Source: an uncultured Gammaproteobacteria bacterium
Lineage (GTDB): Bacteria > Patescibacteriota > Microgenomatia > UBA8517
NCBI GenBank assembly: GCA_964430475.1
Contig: CAYSEQ010000002.1
Span: 7,706 to 71,705 of the forward strand
Length of the DNA stretch: 64,000 nucleotides
Reading direction: 5' to 3'
Made by a program: the position numbers and the translations under genes. Shown here one piece after another: positions 9,446 through 20,114 of the stretch. Within the stretch, counting starts at the first letter, position 1, and the number at the start of each line of letters is the position of its first letter. The notes under the pieces are model-generated. The model did not search any database. It saw only the letters and a program-made list of their open reading frames with translations, and was not told the origin of the DNA.

Positions 9446-9881
9446 CTTGTGCTTTACCATCCACAAATGTGTACATATACACATTTGCACAACTAATATA
9501 GTTTATAATTTTGTCAAGATTACTAAATTATGAAAGTCTTTTTTACCTGTTCTACAAAATCAATAGATAAGTATGCTAGTTTTTATAAAGCTACGAGGGA
9601 CAAAATCCTGAAACTTGGATACCAGCTAAGAAGTGATTGGATAGATTATTCCATCAATGTTGCTCAGAGAGGAATACCCGATATCCCCTCCAATACTCTA
9701 TATAAGGAATGAGTGCTATTGTTGTCGCCGATGTAGTAGTAGTTGACGCTACGGTAAGAAGTATGTCTCTTGATCGCCAACTCACATATGCTCTCCAAAA
9801 AGGCAAACCCGCTCTTGTCTTGAGACATAGTTATTTTGTATGTCTTGATTGGAAGTTATTCATCAAATAAAGCTTTTGAAT

Positions 9882-10016
9882 ATGAATAAGTCAGATAGAT
9901 ATAAAGTTTTCGCACTTTTTATTGTGTTTATTTTATTTTTTGGTAGTACAGTGGTGTTTTGGAATAGGTTTGCAAGAGGCAAAAGACTGTTTGATTTTAT
10001 CCATATTTTAAAGTAA
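9882..10016 (+). CDS. Small hydrophobic protein (44 aa, one TM)
   Basis: ORF MNKSDRYKVFALFIVFILFFGSTVVFWNRFARGKRLFDFIHILK. No homology inferred. Confidence 0.2.
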   Translation: MNKSDRYKVFALFIVFILFFGSTVVFWNRFARGKRLFDFIHILK

Positions 10017-10019
10017 TCT

Positions 10020-10920
10020 CTCAATGGTTATGTATCTAGGATTCCCGCCGAGGTTACTAAAACTTCTTTATCAACCCCATCGTCTAAGGAAAATCTGACT
10101 CAGGATTATTTTAGTTTTGTCAGGTTTCCATTAGCTTTATCTCCAGACGGGAATTTTGTTGCATCTTTGGGGATTGTTGCAGTTAAAGGATCAGGTGTCT
10201 TGGTGCTCCGTGTTAATCCTTTGTGGTCAAAGGATAGTGTAAAATATAAAGATATTCCAGATGGCAGACCTTTGTGGCAGTTGCACTATCACCCTGAAAT
10301 TTACAAGTACGATTTGGACTTATACATAAAAGACCTAAGTTATTTTCCGAATGCTGAATCGCTAGGACGATGTATTTAGTCGCAGGATGGACGATACTTA
10401 GCTTTATTGACATTTGATAAGCTGCTTTTATTTAGCTTTGACTATCAAAAAGATAAGTCTTGTTGTAATGAAGAGGAAGTTTTGCCAGAAAGAAATATGT
10501 TAACTTTGGTTGGTAGTCAAGAGATTACTATTCCTTTTGAACTTGACAATAAACCAATTAGAGATTCTCGCATTTTTTTACAGCTGACTCGCGCAAGCTT
10601 TATTTAGGCTTGGTTGATTATTCAGGTAACAATTGGTTGTTGGTTTATGATTTGGTAGCAAAAAAAGCTATCAATTCAAGCTTAACTACTGCTATTGAGG
10701 GGATTGACATTCATAATATCTATCCAGTGTCTAGCTCTTCTGGATTTGCCTACTGGCAACGAAGGTATGATGATGATATTTTTAGGTGGAATTTGGTCTT
10801 GAAAACAAATGTTAGAACACTAACTTACCGCATTCCCATAAAAGGGATAGATGCAGTTGGAAAACTGAAGCTGTATCCTGGGCTTGATAAAGTGTGTTTT
10901 GAATTGGGGGATATCTAACT
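10020..10920 (+). pseudogene. Probable decayed gene: PD40/WD40-like beta-propeller fragments split over three frames
   Basis: Consecutive ORFs in different frames (10167-10379, 10407-10607, 10610-10918). A …LSPDGNFVASLG… PD40-like repeat. Low coding density. Confidence 0.3.
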
Positions 10921-11184
10921 CTATGTTATACTCTATTTATCAATTGAGTACCATGAACGAAATCGCTTCTGGCAGTGGGGTAGATTCATGTTGTGGTGAT
11001 TGGTTGGATAACCGAGGTTGATAATTAAGGAGTCATCAAAGGTATGACAGGACTTTATTAATTGGTTTATTTTAGATATTGCAACAGGCGAGGAGAGATT
11101 TGTCCGGGCAAGCTAGGTCGAAAAGCTAATAAAGATACTTTGGGTTTAGGATCTTTGCATAAATTTTGGAATTATAAAATTCCT

Positions 11185-12438
11185 ATGAGTAGTTTATTTA
11201 AAGACAGTTTAAAAATAGTAGACGAGATTTCTTCGTTTTTAGCTAAGGAATATCCAGACAGTAAAAAATTTATTTCTGCTATCAATTTATTAAGAAAACC
11301 CCAGAGACTGATTAAGGGAAGACTAAAAATTAAGATGGATGATGGCAGGGTGAAGTCTTTCATTGCATTTCGTTCTCAACACAACGACGCAAGAGGGCCA
11401 TTTAAGGGAGGCATACGATTTCACCCCAATGTTAGCGAAGATGAAGTGAAAGCACTTTCTTTCTGGATGACTGTAAAATGTGCTTTGGTTGATATTCCTT
11501 TTGGTGGAGGTAAGGGGGGAGTTGTTGTTGATCCTAAAAAACTTTCAGCAAGCGAATTACAAAGGCTTTCTAAAAAATATGCTGAATTTATTGCTCCTTA
11601 CATCGGAGTGTGGATTGATATTCCAGCGCCTGATGTAAATACAGGTGAGCAAGAAATGGCTTGGATGCTTGAGGCTTACGAGGATAAAGTTGGCCATCAT
11701 GCCCCAGCCACTTTTACAGGAAAGCCAGTTTTTCTAGGAGGTTCGGAAGGAAGAACAGAAGCAACAGGTCAAGGAGCTACCTATGTGCTTAATGAGTATG
11801 TAAAGGTTAAGGGATATAAGAATAAAGACATTGAGGTAGCAGTTCAGGGATTTGGGAATGTTGGATATTGGTTTGCAAAGTTAGCGTATGAACTTGGGTT
11901 TAAGATCGTGGCGGTTTCAGATTCTAAGGGCGCAACTTACAATCCAAAAGGTTTAGATATCGATAAAGTTATGGATTATAAAGAAAAGACTGGATCAGTC
12001 TTTGGTATTTACGAAAAGTTGTCCAATGACGAGCTTTTAAGCTTAGATGTTGATGTACTTGTGCCAGCAGCTTTGGAAAATGTGTTAACAAAAGATAATG
12101 CAGATAATGTTAAGGCGAGGGTTATTTTGGAGGCCGCAAATGGCCCAACCACCAAAGAGGCGGAAGAGATACTTTTATCCAAAAAAGTAGAAATTTTACC
12201 TGATGTTTTGTGTAACGCTGGCGGAGTTGTCGTCTCTTATTTTGAATGGGTGCAGAACTTGCAGGGGGCAAGATGGACAAAAACGGAAGTGAATAAAAAA
12301 TTACATGAAGTTATGATAAAGTCTTTTAAAAAAGTATATGAAATAAGAAGGGATAAAAATATTTCCTGGCGGGAAGCTGCCTATATTCTAGCTATTAAGA
12401 GAATAGTTGATGCGATGATTTTAAGGGGAAGAGTATAA
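11185..12438 (+). CDS. gdhA: NAD(P)-specific glutamate dehydrogenase
   Basis: Motifs KGGIRFHP, FGGGKGGV and the GFGNVG Rossmann motif. 417 aa from the ATG at 11185. Confidence 0.9.
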   Translation: MSSLFKDSLKIVDEISSFLAKEYPDSKKFISAINLLRKPQRLIKGRLKIKMDDGRVKSFIAFRSQHNDARGPFKGGIRFHPNVSEDEVKALSFWMTVKCALVDIPFGGGKGGVVVDPKKLSASELQRLSKKYAEFIAPYIGVWIDIPAPDVNTGEQEMAWMLEAYEDKVGHHAPATFTGKPVFLGGSEGRTEATGQGATYVLNEYVKVKGYKNKDIEVAVQGFGNVGYWFAKLAYELGFKIVAVSDSKGATYNPKGLDIDKVMDYKEKTGSVFGIYEKLSNDELLSLDVDVLVPAALENVLTKDNADNVKARVILEAANGPTTKEAEEILLSKKVEILPDVLCNAGGVVVSYFEWVQNLQGARWTKTEVNKKLHEVMIKSFKKVYEIRRDKNISWREAAYILAIKRIVDAMILRGRV

Positions 12439-12561
12439 AATATTTGTAAAAATTTTTACTCTTTAAATTTTTGAAAGCAACCTAAACTTTTTTTGAGGGG
12501 TTCCCTCATTTATTTGACTCAACTTCGAAAATTCTTTTCTAGTTAAGTAAGATTGATATTC

Positions 12562-13584
12562 TTAAGAGGATTGTTGATATTGTTTCTTGATCTCAGGAAT
12601 TAGATATTTAGAGAATGCTTTTTTGGGAGTATTATAGTTTGGCGTCCAACCCCAATCTTTTTTAGCCTTGGAATCATCAATGTCTGCCGGCCATGAGTCG
12701 ACGATTCTTTGCCTTCCAGGATCAATCTTATAACTTATCTTGTAATTCGGAAATGAATCTTTAACTAGTTTCGAAATTTGTGAGGCTGATACTGAAAATG
12801 CTGATACATTATATATGTTTTGGGAAAGTTTATCTTTGTCTATTTTTAAGATTTGAAGCAAGGCTTTTATAGCGTCGGGCATGACCATAAAAGGGATCTG
12901 AGTGTCTTCTCTGACGAAACATTGGTATGGTTTTCCCTTTGCTGCAGAATGGATCATTTCGGAAGCAAAGTCACTTGTTCCTCCAGAAGGAATCGTGACT
13001 GCAGATATGATTCCTGGAAACCTTATACAGCGGAAGTCTATAAAGTGAGTGAAGGTATTGTCTAAGAGTTTGTAGTATTTTGAGTAATAAATTCCTAATC
13101 TTTCGCAATAAAGCTTGTTTATGCCGTACATAGTGATGGGAGTGTTGAATTCTTCTTCTTTTACTTTAGGATTTTGCATCTTGGTTTTTAAGTTTGGTAT
13201 TCCGTAGACAGCGATGGTTGAAGGAAAGATGAATTTGACGATACCTTTTTGATGGGACATCGCTTTTTGGGCTGCCTCTAAAAGATTGAAAGTCCCATTT
13301 ACATTTACCTCGTGTGCCTTATCTGGAGACTTTTCACCGCTTGTAGAAAGAATTGCTGCAAGGTGAAATATTGTGGTGATTTTATATTCTCTAAAGATTG
13401 TTTCAAGAGCATTTTTATTAAGGATGTCAGCAACGATTGTCTTATAGACAAAAGGTTTAAGAGCCTCATCAAGTTCTTTTATATCCAGAGTGATGATCTT
13501 TTTACCCATTCGCGAAAGTTCTGGTATCAATCCGTGACCTATTTCCCCGTTGGCTCCTGTTATTAGAATTGTGGTAGACTCCAT
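12562..13584 (-). CDS. tdh: L-threonine 3-dehydrogenase (NAD-dependent epimerase/dehydratase-fold, UDP-glucose-4-epimerase-like TDH)
   Basis: N-terminal ILITGANGEIGHGL Rossmann motif. Paired with kbl immediately upstream on the same strand. Confidence 0.7.
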   Translation of the reverse strand: MESTTILITGANGEIGHGLIPELSRMGKKIITLDIKELDEALKPFVYKTIVADILNKNALETIFREYKITTIFHLAAILSTSGEKSPDKAHEVNVNGTFNLLEAAQKAMSHQKGIVKFIFPSTIAVYGIPNLKTKMQNPKVKEEEFNTPITMYGINKLYCERLGIYYSKYYKLLDNTFTHFIDFRCIRFPGIISAVTIPSGGTSDFASEMIHSAAKGKPYQCFVREDTQIPFMVMPDAIKALLQILKIDKDKLSQNIYNVSAFSVSASQISKLVKDSFPNYKISYKIDPGRQRIVDSWPADIDDSKAKKDWGWTPNYNTPKKAFSKYLIPEIKKQYQQSS

Positions 13585-13642
13585 TTACTAAAAGTTTTTA
13601 CGAATAAAATTTATTTTCCGAAAAGGTGTTTTTAATTTAGAA

Positions 13643-14818
13643 TTATATTACCTTTAATTCTTTACCAACTGACTCGAATGCGTTGAGTGCTTCGTCTAGA
13701 TTACTTTTTGAATGTATTGCACTTATAATTACTCTTATCCTTGCTTTTCCCTGTGGGACTGTAGGGTATCCAATTGCTGTTGCAAAGATACCTTTTTCGA
13801 ACAATTTTTTACTAAAATTTTGAGCAATTTTTGCCTCTCCTAACATAATGGGAATAATGGGTGTTTGGCTTTTGCCTATGTTAAAACCAAGTGATGATAT
13901 TTTATCTTTGAAATATTTCGTATTGTCCCAAAGTTTTTTAACAAGAGTTTCGGATTTTTCTAAAATATCCACAGCCTGTATGCAGGCTGCAACATCAGGT
14001 ATAGTTACTGCACTTGAGAAAAGAAATGGTCTTGCCCTTTGTCTTAACCAGTCTATAAGGATTTTTTTGCCAGCCACATATCCACCTACGACTCCGAATG
14101 CTTTACTTAGAGTCCCAACTTCAATATCTACTTTTCCATGAAGGTTAAAAAAGTCAACGATACCCCTTCCAGATTTTCCCAGAACACCTTCGCCGTGTGC
14201 ATCGTCAACCATTAAAAGGCATCCGTATTTTGAGGCAATCTTTGCCAATTCAGGGAGTGGAGCTATATCCCCATCCATACTGAAAACTCCATCGCTGACA
14301 ATCAATTTTCTTCCACTTCCTCTTTTCTTTTTTAATTTTTGTTCTAGGTCTTTGGTGTCTAGATGGTTATATTTAACGATTTCGGCATTACTTAGTCTGC
14401 AACCATCAATAATGCTTGCGTGATTTAGCTCGTCTGAAAAAATAGTGTCGCCTTCTCCTATAATTGCGGGAATGCTAGCTAAATTCGCAACAAACCCAGA
14501 TTGTAGAGAAATTACTGCTTCGACTCTTTTAAATTTTTTAAGTTTTTCCTCAAGTAAAAGATGGAGGCTCGTAGTACCCGAAATAGTCCTCACAGCGGTT
14601 GGTCCTATACCGTATTTGTCAAGTGCTTTTTTGGCGGCCTTGATGAGACTAGGATGGTTTGCCAGACCTAAGTAGTTATTGGAACAAAAATTCAAAACCC
14701 ATTTTCCGTCTACTCTAATTTTGGCACCCACTGCTGAGTCTATTGCCTTTATGTTGATGAAAAGTCCTGAATCTTTAAGCTCCCGCATTTTATTTTCAAT
14801 AAACTTAAGCTTATCCAT
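13643..14818 (-). CDS. kbl: 2-amino-3-ketobutyrate CoA ligase (glycine C-acetyltransferase), PLP-dependent
   Basis: …[14 protein letters not shown]…, PLP-lysine region …[16 protein letters not shown]…. Start taken at MDKLKF (ATG 14818); the ORF track extends to 14857. Confidence 0.85.
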   Translation of the reverse strand: MDKLKFIENKMRELKDSGLFINIKAIDSAVGAKIRVDGKWVLNFCSNNYLGLANHPSLIKAAKKALDKYGIGPTAVRTISGTTSLHLLLEEKLKKFKRVEAVISLQSGFVANLASIPAIIGEGDTIFSDELNHASIIDGCRLSNAEIVKYNHLDTKDLEQKLKKKRGSGRKLIVSDGVFSMDGDIAPLPELAKIASKYGCLLMVDDAHGEGVLGKSGRGIVDFFNLHGKVDIEVGTLSKAFGVVGGYVAGKKILIDWLRQRARPFLFSSAVTIPDVAACIQAVDILEKSETLVKKLWDNTKYFKDKISSLGFNIGKSQTPIIPIMLGEAKIAQNFSKKLFEKGIFATAIGYPTVPQGKARIRVIISAIHSKSNLDEALNAFESVGKELKVI

Positions 14819-14993
14819 AAAAATATTTTGATTGTAGCATTTTTTGCCAAAAAGCAATATAAATAAAATGATTATAAATTTTGAGGATTTTAAAAACTAG
14901 TTCTTGGGTGCTTACAAGAAATTCCTTTTAAGTAAGTAAGATACACCCTTTTGGTGGGAAATAAGTACTTAATTAGTGTTATCATGAAGTAAT

Positions 14994-17450
14994 ATGGAAT
15001 TTCTATCTTGGCACTACTCCCAAGGGATAGATTATTACTTCCGAAGTTTGAATCAAACTCTTGACTTAATTATCAATTATTTTTCATTAGGCCTTCTCTT
15101 AAAGACGCTGTTTGCGCCTTGGAAAAGATTGGTTGAAGTCTATACAAGCCCGGGTTTTAGTTTTCAAAGAAAGTTTGAGGTGTTCATGTTCAATTTGATT
15201 TCTAGAGGAATTGGTGCTTGTGTTAGATTAGCACTTTTTTTTACTGCGATTATTGTAATCTTTTTAGTCGCACTTGGAGGGATAGTTGGGATAGTCTTCT
15301 GGTTAACTTTACCATTTTTTGGCTACCCGGTTTTTAAAAAATTCAAAAAGAGTCCTGAAAATTTTGTTAATGAGCTTATTTTTGAGATAAAATCTACTTC
15401 AAAAAATCCTCTTGAGGTAATCCTAAATTCAGAAGCGGGTAAATTTGTAGCGGAGCATATTGGTGTCTCGGTAGATGAGCTTGTTGGAAAAGCAAAAAAT
15501 TTACCTAAAAATATTGAGACCCTTAATCCTAAAAGGTTTACTGACATCATAAGTTTTTTATTGGATTCGGGAGTTTGGAGTGAAAGTTTTTTTAACGAGA
15601 AAGAAATTGCAAAAGATGATGTAATTCTTGCCTCTTTATGGTGGGATCAGGAAAGAACCAATGAGTCAAAATTGTTAGGAAATGAAGAATACACTCATCC
15701 TAGTATCGCCCTTGATTTAACTTTTGGTTATACGCCAATACTTAATAAGTTTTCAATAGATTTGAGTAAGCCCCAACCTTTTTCTCATCATCTAATAGGA
15801 AGATCAGGCGTGGTCAATAGAATGCAGAGAGCTTTTAGTTCAGGGATGAGTGTAATTTTAGTAGGAGAGCCAGGTGTTGGTAAAAAGACGGTAGTTTTGG
15901 AGTTTGCTAGAAAAGCATCAAGTGGACAATTAGGGAAAGATCTTTCTTTTAAAAAAGTCTTGGAATTTGATTATAACTTTCTTTTTTCAGAAGCAACCGA
16001 TATTAATCAAAAAAAGGCAAATCTTTCAACTATTTTGGCGGAAGCATCTCAGGCAGGAAATATTATCTTAATGATAAGAGATATTCATAGACTGATAAAC
16101 CCCGATGTTGAAGGTTATGACTTTACCGATGTTTTTGAGGAGTATTTAGAAAAGAGAGAGTTAAAGATTATAGCTATCTCGACTGGCTTTGATTATGAGC
16201 GATTTATTGTCCCGAATTTAAGAATCAGAAAATTCTTGGAAAAGATAGAGGTAATTCCGCCTAATAAAGATGAGGCAATGAAGATATTGATTGAGTCAGC
16301 ACAGCGTTGGGAAGATTTAACGGGCATAACTGTTAGTATTCCCGCACTAAGGCATATTATAGAACAATCAGATAGCTATGTTACCGAAACTCCATTTCCA
16401 GAGAAGGCGCTTGAGCTTTTAGATGCTGCGATTACATTTGCAAGGCAAAACAATAAAAAAACTGTGAATATTGACGATGTCAACACTATATTAGCTGAAA
16501 AAACTGGGATATCTTTTGCTTCCCTTGGTGAGAAAGAGAAGGAGAGGTTAAGTCGGATAGAGGAGATTATCCATCAAAGGTTAGTAAATCAAGAGACTGC
16601 GATTGATCTTATAGGTAAAACGTTGAGGTCAAAGATGGTTGGGGTTGTGAAGGAAAAAAGACCTTTGGGATCTTTTCTTTTTTTGGGTCCCACAGGAGTT
16701 GGAAAGACAGAGACAGCTAAGGTATTGGCTAAGGTTTATTATGGAAGTGAAGAGAATATTATACGGTTTGATATGGCTGAATACGCCGGAAGTGAAGGAT
16801 TAGAAAGACTTATTGGTTCTCTTAAGAGAAATGTTCCAGGTGTTCTTACTACAGCGATAAAAAATAGACCTTCAAGTTTGCTTCTTCTTGATGAGATAGA
16901 AAAAGCATCAAAAGAAATTTATGATATCTTCTTAGCCCTTCTAGATGAGGGAATTATTACAGACGCATTTGGAAAAAAGATTGTTTGTAAACACCTTTTT
17001 GTAATAGGTACCTCGAATGCAGGTGCGGAGTACATAAGAGAATTAGTAAACAAAGGGGTTAAGGGAGATAAATTGCAAAGAATGGTGGTAAATTATGTCT
17101 TAGAGAAAGAGATATTTTCGCCAGAGTTTCTTAATCGTTTTGATGGTGTTGTTGTATACGAGCCTTTAGCTAAAGAGCATCTAGTAAAAATTGCTCAACT
17201 TCTACTTTCTGAACTTAGTGAAAATTTAAGAAAGAAAAATATAAATCTAAACTTTTCTGATGAGGTAGCTCAAAAACTCGCTGAAGATGGATACGATCCA
17301 GCATTTGGGGCTCGGCCAATGAGACGAATTGTGAATATCAATATTGGCGATCTTATAGGTACGGCACTCTTGAAAGGTAGTATAAAGCCCGGAGATAAAG
17401 TTAAACTAGTCGCTGGTAGAAAGAAAGGCGAATTTCTTTTAGAGATTTAA
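14994..17450 (+). CDS. Clp/Hsp100-family AAA+ ATPase (two nucleotide-binding domains) with an N-terminal membrane anchor
   Basis: NBD1 Walker A GEPGVGKKT. NBD2 GPTGVGKTETAKVLA. Sensor-2 GARPMRR. Two predicted TM helices in the first ~110 aa (…LALFFTAIIVIFLVALGGIVGIVFWLTLPFFGY…). Confidence 0.8.
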   Translation: MEFLSWHYSQGIDYYFRSLNQTLDLIINYFSLGLLLKTLFAPWKRLVEVYTSPGFSFQRKFEVFMFNLISRGIGACVRLALFFTAIIVIFLVALGGIVGIVFWLTLPFFGYPVFKKFKKSPENFVNELIFEIKSTSKNPLEVILNSEAGKFVAEHIGVSVDELVGKAKNLPKNIETLNPKRFTDIISFLLDSGVWSESFFNEKEIAKDDVILASLWWDQERTNESKLLGNEEYTHPSIALDLTFGYTPILNKFSIDLSKPQPFSHHLIGRSGVVNRMQRAFSSGMSVILVGEPGVGKKTVVLEFARKASSGQLGKDLSFKKVLEFDYNFLFSEATDINQKKANLSTILAEASQAGNIILMIRDIHRLINPDVEGYDFTDVFEEYLEKRELKIIAISTGFDYERFIVPNLRIRKFLEKIEVIPPNKDEAMKILIESAQRWEDLTGITVSIPALRHIIEQSDSYVTETPFPEKALELLDAAITFARQNNKKTVNIDDVNTILAEKTGISFASLGEKEKERLSRIEEIIHQRLVNQETAIDLIGKTLRSKMVGVVKEKRPLGSFLFLGPTGVGKTETAKVLAKVYYGSEENIIRFDMAEYAGSEGLERLIGSLKRNVPGVLTTAIKNRPSSLLLLDEIEKASKEIYDIFLALLDEGIITDAFGKKIVCKHLFVIGTSNAGAEYIRELVNKGVKGDKLQRMVVNYVLEKEIFSPEFLNRFDGVVVYEPLAKEHLVKIAQLLLSELSENLRKKNINLNFSDEVAQKLAEDGYDPAFGARPMRRIVNINIGDLIGTALLKGSIKPGDKVKLVAGRKKGEFLLEI

Positions 17451-17577
17451 GAAAAATGTACCGATAGAGAGTTGAACCTAATTTTCATCTTTAAATTTAC
17501 TTAATTTTTTTGCTACTATGAATTAGGTGCATCTTTTGTATAATTGTACCGCTTTAAAATAATGTCAAGGAGGGAAA

Positions 17578-18768
17578 ATGCCGCTTAGAGTTTTGATGAT
17601 AGGTTGGGAATTACCTCCTTTTAATAGTGGAGGCCTTGGTGAGGCCTGTTTAGGTCTAGCTCGATCTTTGTCCGAGAAAGGAGTCCAGATAACTTTTGTT
17701 CTTCCTAGATCATTGGATCTAAAGTTTCCCTTTATGAAAATTGTTTTTGCAGATGTAGATGAGGATATAAGTCTTCTCCCATCCGTGTATTTGTCAAGTA
17801 AGAGCGATATCTTAATAAAAAATATAACTTGCGACGATTTCCCTCCAGACTATATTAGTGCCTCTCTTAAATTTGCAGAGAAAATGTATAAGGTTTTAAA
17901 AAAAGAGGACGTTGATATTATTCATGCTCACGATTGGCTGTGTTTTCCTGCTGGAATCGTTGCCAAAAATTTTCTTAAAAGACCTTTAATTGCGCACGTT
18001 CACTCCACGGAATTTGATAGAAGTGGGAACCTTGCACCTAACCCCTTTGTTTATGAAATTGAAAAACAAGGGTTTGAGAATGCGGAGAGTGTTGTTGCTG
18101 TTGCTCAAAGAGTTAAAAACATAATAGTAGAAAAATATAATATTCCGGGGGAAAAGATAAAGGTTGTCCACAACGGTATTGATCCTCCCAAGAACGAAAA
18201 TTTACCACCAACCTTAACCTTCTTTAAAAGGATGGGTTATAAAGTGGTTCTTTTTTTGGGGAGAATCACTCTTCAGAAAGGTCCGGAATATTTTGTGAGA
18301 GCGGCTGAGAAAGTTTTAAGATACAACCCCAAAGTTATATTTGTTGTAACAGGTTCTGGAGATATGTACGAATACATGATGGGAGAAGCCGCGCGTCTAA
18401 AAGTTTTGGATAAGTTTATATTTACAGGTTTTCTAAGAGGTGAGGAGAAGAATAGAGTTTACAAAGCAGCCGATCTTTATGTGATGCCATCTGTTTCTGA
18501 ACCTTTTGGTATAACCGCACTTGAAGCTATAGCAAATAATACACCCGTTCTTATATCTAAGCAATCTGGAGTTGCTGAGGTTTTGAACCATGCGCTAAAG
18601 GTAGATTTTTGGGATATAGATGAAACGGCAAATAAAATTCTTTCTGTACTAGCTTATGAGCCACTTCCAATCACTTTAATTAAAGAAAGTACTAAAGAAA
18701 TTAGGAATTTGAGTTGGGAAAATTCAGCTCAAAAGATGTTGGAAATATATCATCAACTTCTTAGTTAA
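17578..18768 (+). CDS. glgA: Glycogen synthase-like glycosyltransferase (GT5/GT4)
   Basis: N-terminal …WELPPFNSGGLGEACLGLARSL… matches the GlgA KTGGL motif. GT-B C-terminal E-x7-E region. Confidence 0.7.
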   Translation: MPLRVLMIGWELPPFNSGGLGEACLGLARSLSEKGVQITFVLPRSLDLKFPFMKIVFADVDEDISLLPSVYLSSKSDILIKNITCDDFPPDYISASLKFAEKMYKVLKKEDVDIIHAHDWLCFPAGIVAKNFLKRPLIAHVHSTEFDRSGNLAPNPFVYEIEKQGFENAESVVAVAQRVKNIIVEKYNIPGEKIKVVHNGIDPPKNENLPPTLTFFKRMGYKVVLFLGRITLQKGPEYFVRAAEKVLRYNPKVIFVVTGSGDMYEYMMGEAARLKVLDKFIFTGFLRGEEKNRVYKAADLYVMPSVSEPFGITALEAIANNTPVLISKQSGVAEVLNHALKVDFWDIDETANKILSVLAYEPLPITLIKESTKEIRNLSWENSAQKMLEIYHQLLS

Positions 18769-18781
18769 ATAATAAAATAAA

Positions 18782-20044
18782 ATGCCAAGTGTTTGTTTTT
18801 ATTTTCAAGTACATCAACCGATACGGGTAAAAAGATATAGAATTTTTGATATTGGCAATGACGCAGATTACTTTAACGATTCTTCAAATTCTAATCTTAA
18901 CAATCAGAAAGTCTTGGCAAAAGTAGCTTTTAAATCTTATCTGCCAGCAAATAAAATTTTTTTGAAACTTCTTAAAAAATATCCTCAACTTAAAATTTCC
19001 TTTTCCTTTTCCGGTGTAATCCTTGAGCAACTTCAGAAAAGCTTTCCAAGAGTGCTTGACTCATTTAAACGCTTGGTGGATACAGGGAGAGTTGAACTTT
19101 TATCCGAAACCTATTATCACTCTCTTGCATTTTTTTATTCTCGTAAAGAGTTTGAAAAGCAAGTCGACCTTCATAAAGTTAAACTTAGAGAAGTTTTCGG
19201 ATACACCCCAAGGGTTTTTAGAAATACTGAACTTGCCTATTCGAATGAGCTTGGAGTTTGGGCTGAAAAAAAAGGTTACAAGGCAATTTTGGCTGAGGGA
19301 TGGGATTCGTTTTTAGGCTGGAGAAGTCCAAACTTCGTTTATAGGCCTATTGGGACTAAAAGGATAAAATTACTTTTAAAAAATTACAGGCTTTCTGATG
19401 ATATTGCCTTTAGGTTTTCAGAAAAAGGATGGAAAGAATGGCCACTGACGGCAAGTAAGTTTGCTTCCTGGATATCAAGTATAAATGGTAACGGGCATGT
19501 CGTTAATCTTTTTATGGATTACGAGACATTTGGGGAACACCAGTGGGAAGATAAAGGGATCTTTGAATTTCTCAAAAATCTACCCAAAGAAATTCTTAAA
19601 GATAAAGATAACGATTTTGTAACAGTCAGCGAAGCAATTGAAAGATACCCTGCGATGGATCTACTTGATGTGCCTAATGTCGTTACTTGGGCGGATACGG
19701 AAAGAGATCTTTCGGCATGGGTGGGAAACGCTATCCAAAATTGTGCCATAAATTTTATTTATCAACTTGAGAAAAAGGTCATCTCGACAAGGGATGAAAG
19801 ACTGATAGAGAATTGGAGAAAGCTCCAGATATCCGACCACTTCTATTATATGTGTACAAAATGGTTTGCCGATGGAGATGTCCACAAATACTTTAATCCT
19901 TATGATAGTCCATACGAGGCGTTTATTAGTTTTATGAACGCAGCTAAAGACCTAGAGCTAAGGGTAGATACTTTTCTAGCGAACAAAACCACAGTCAATA
20001 AGAGAAAAAGTACGATAACAAACCCTAAATTATTTAACTCTTAA
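18782..20044 (+). CDS. Glycoside hydrolase family 57 protein (alpha-amylase / branching-enzyme type)
   Basis: GH57 region I …FQVHQPIR…. Catalytic region …FMDYETFGEHQWEDKG…. Confidence 0.75.
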   Translation: MPSVCFYFQVHQPIRVKRYRIFDIGNDADYFNDSSNSNLNNQKVLAKVAFKSYLPANKIFLKLLKKYPQLKISFSFSGVILEQLQKSFPRVLDSFKRLVDTGRVELLSETYYHSLAFFYSRKEFEKQVDLHKVKLREVFGYTPRVFRNTELAYSNELGVWAEKKGYKAILAEGWDSFLGWRSPNFVYRPIGTKRIKLLLKNYRLSDDIAFRFSEKGWKEWPLTASKFASWISSINGNGHVVNLFMDYETFGEHQWEDKGIFEFLKNLPKEILKDKDNDFVTVSEAIERYPAMDLLDVPNVVTWADTERDLSAWVGNAIQNCAINFIYQLEKKVISTRDERLIENWRKLQISDHFYYMCTKWFADGDVHKYFNPYDSPYEAFISFMNAAKDLELRVDTFLANKTTVNKRKSTITNPKLFNS

Positions 20045-20114
20045 AAAATAAAAAAACTTTCAGAGTTATTTTTAAAATTTTAGGGAATTTAAATTTTAGT
20101 GGTTCAAGGATTCT

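Noticed and set aside
9530-9712. 60-aa ORF with a TIR-like / deoxyribosyltransferase-like opening (MKVFFTCSTKS…), a possible defence-system remnant
   Set aside because: It is too short and is followed by a frame-shifted continuation. The similarity rests on a generic N-terminal pattern. Kept only as part of the gene-graveyard finding.
11062-11184. Extended N-terminus of gdhA (MVYFRYCNRRGEICPG…) from the ORF track
   Set aside because: This extension is not part of glutamate dehydrogenases. The ATG at 11185 gives the canonical ~417-aa protein.
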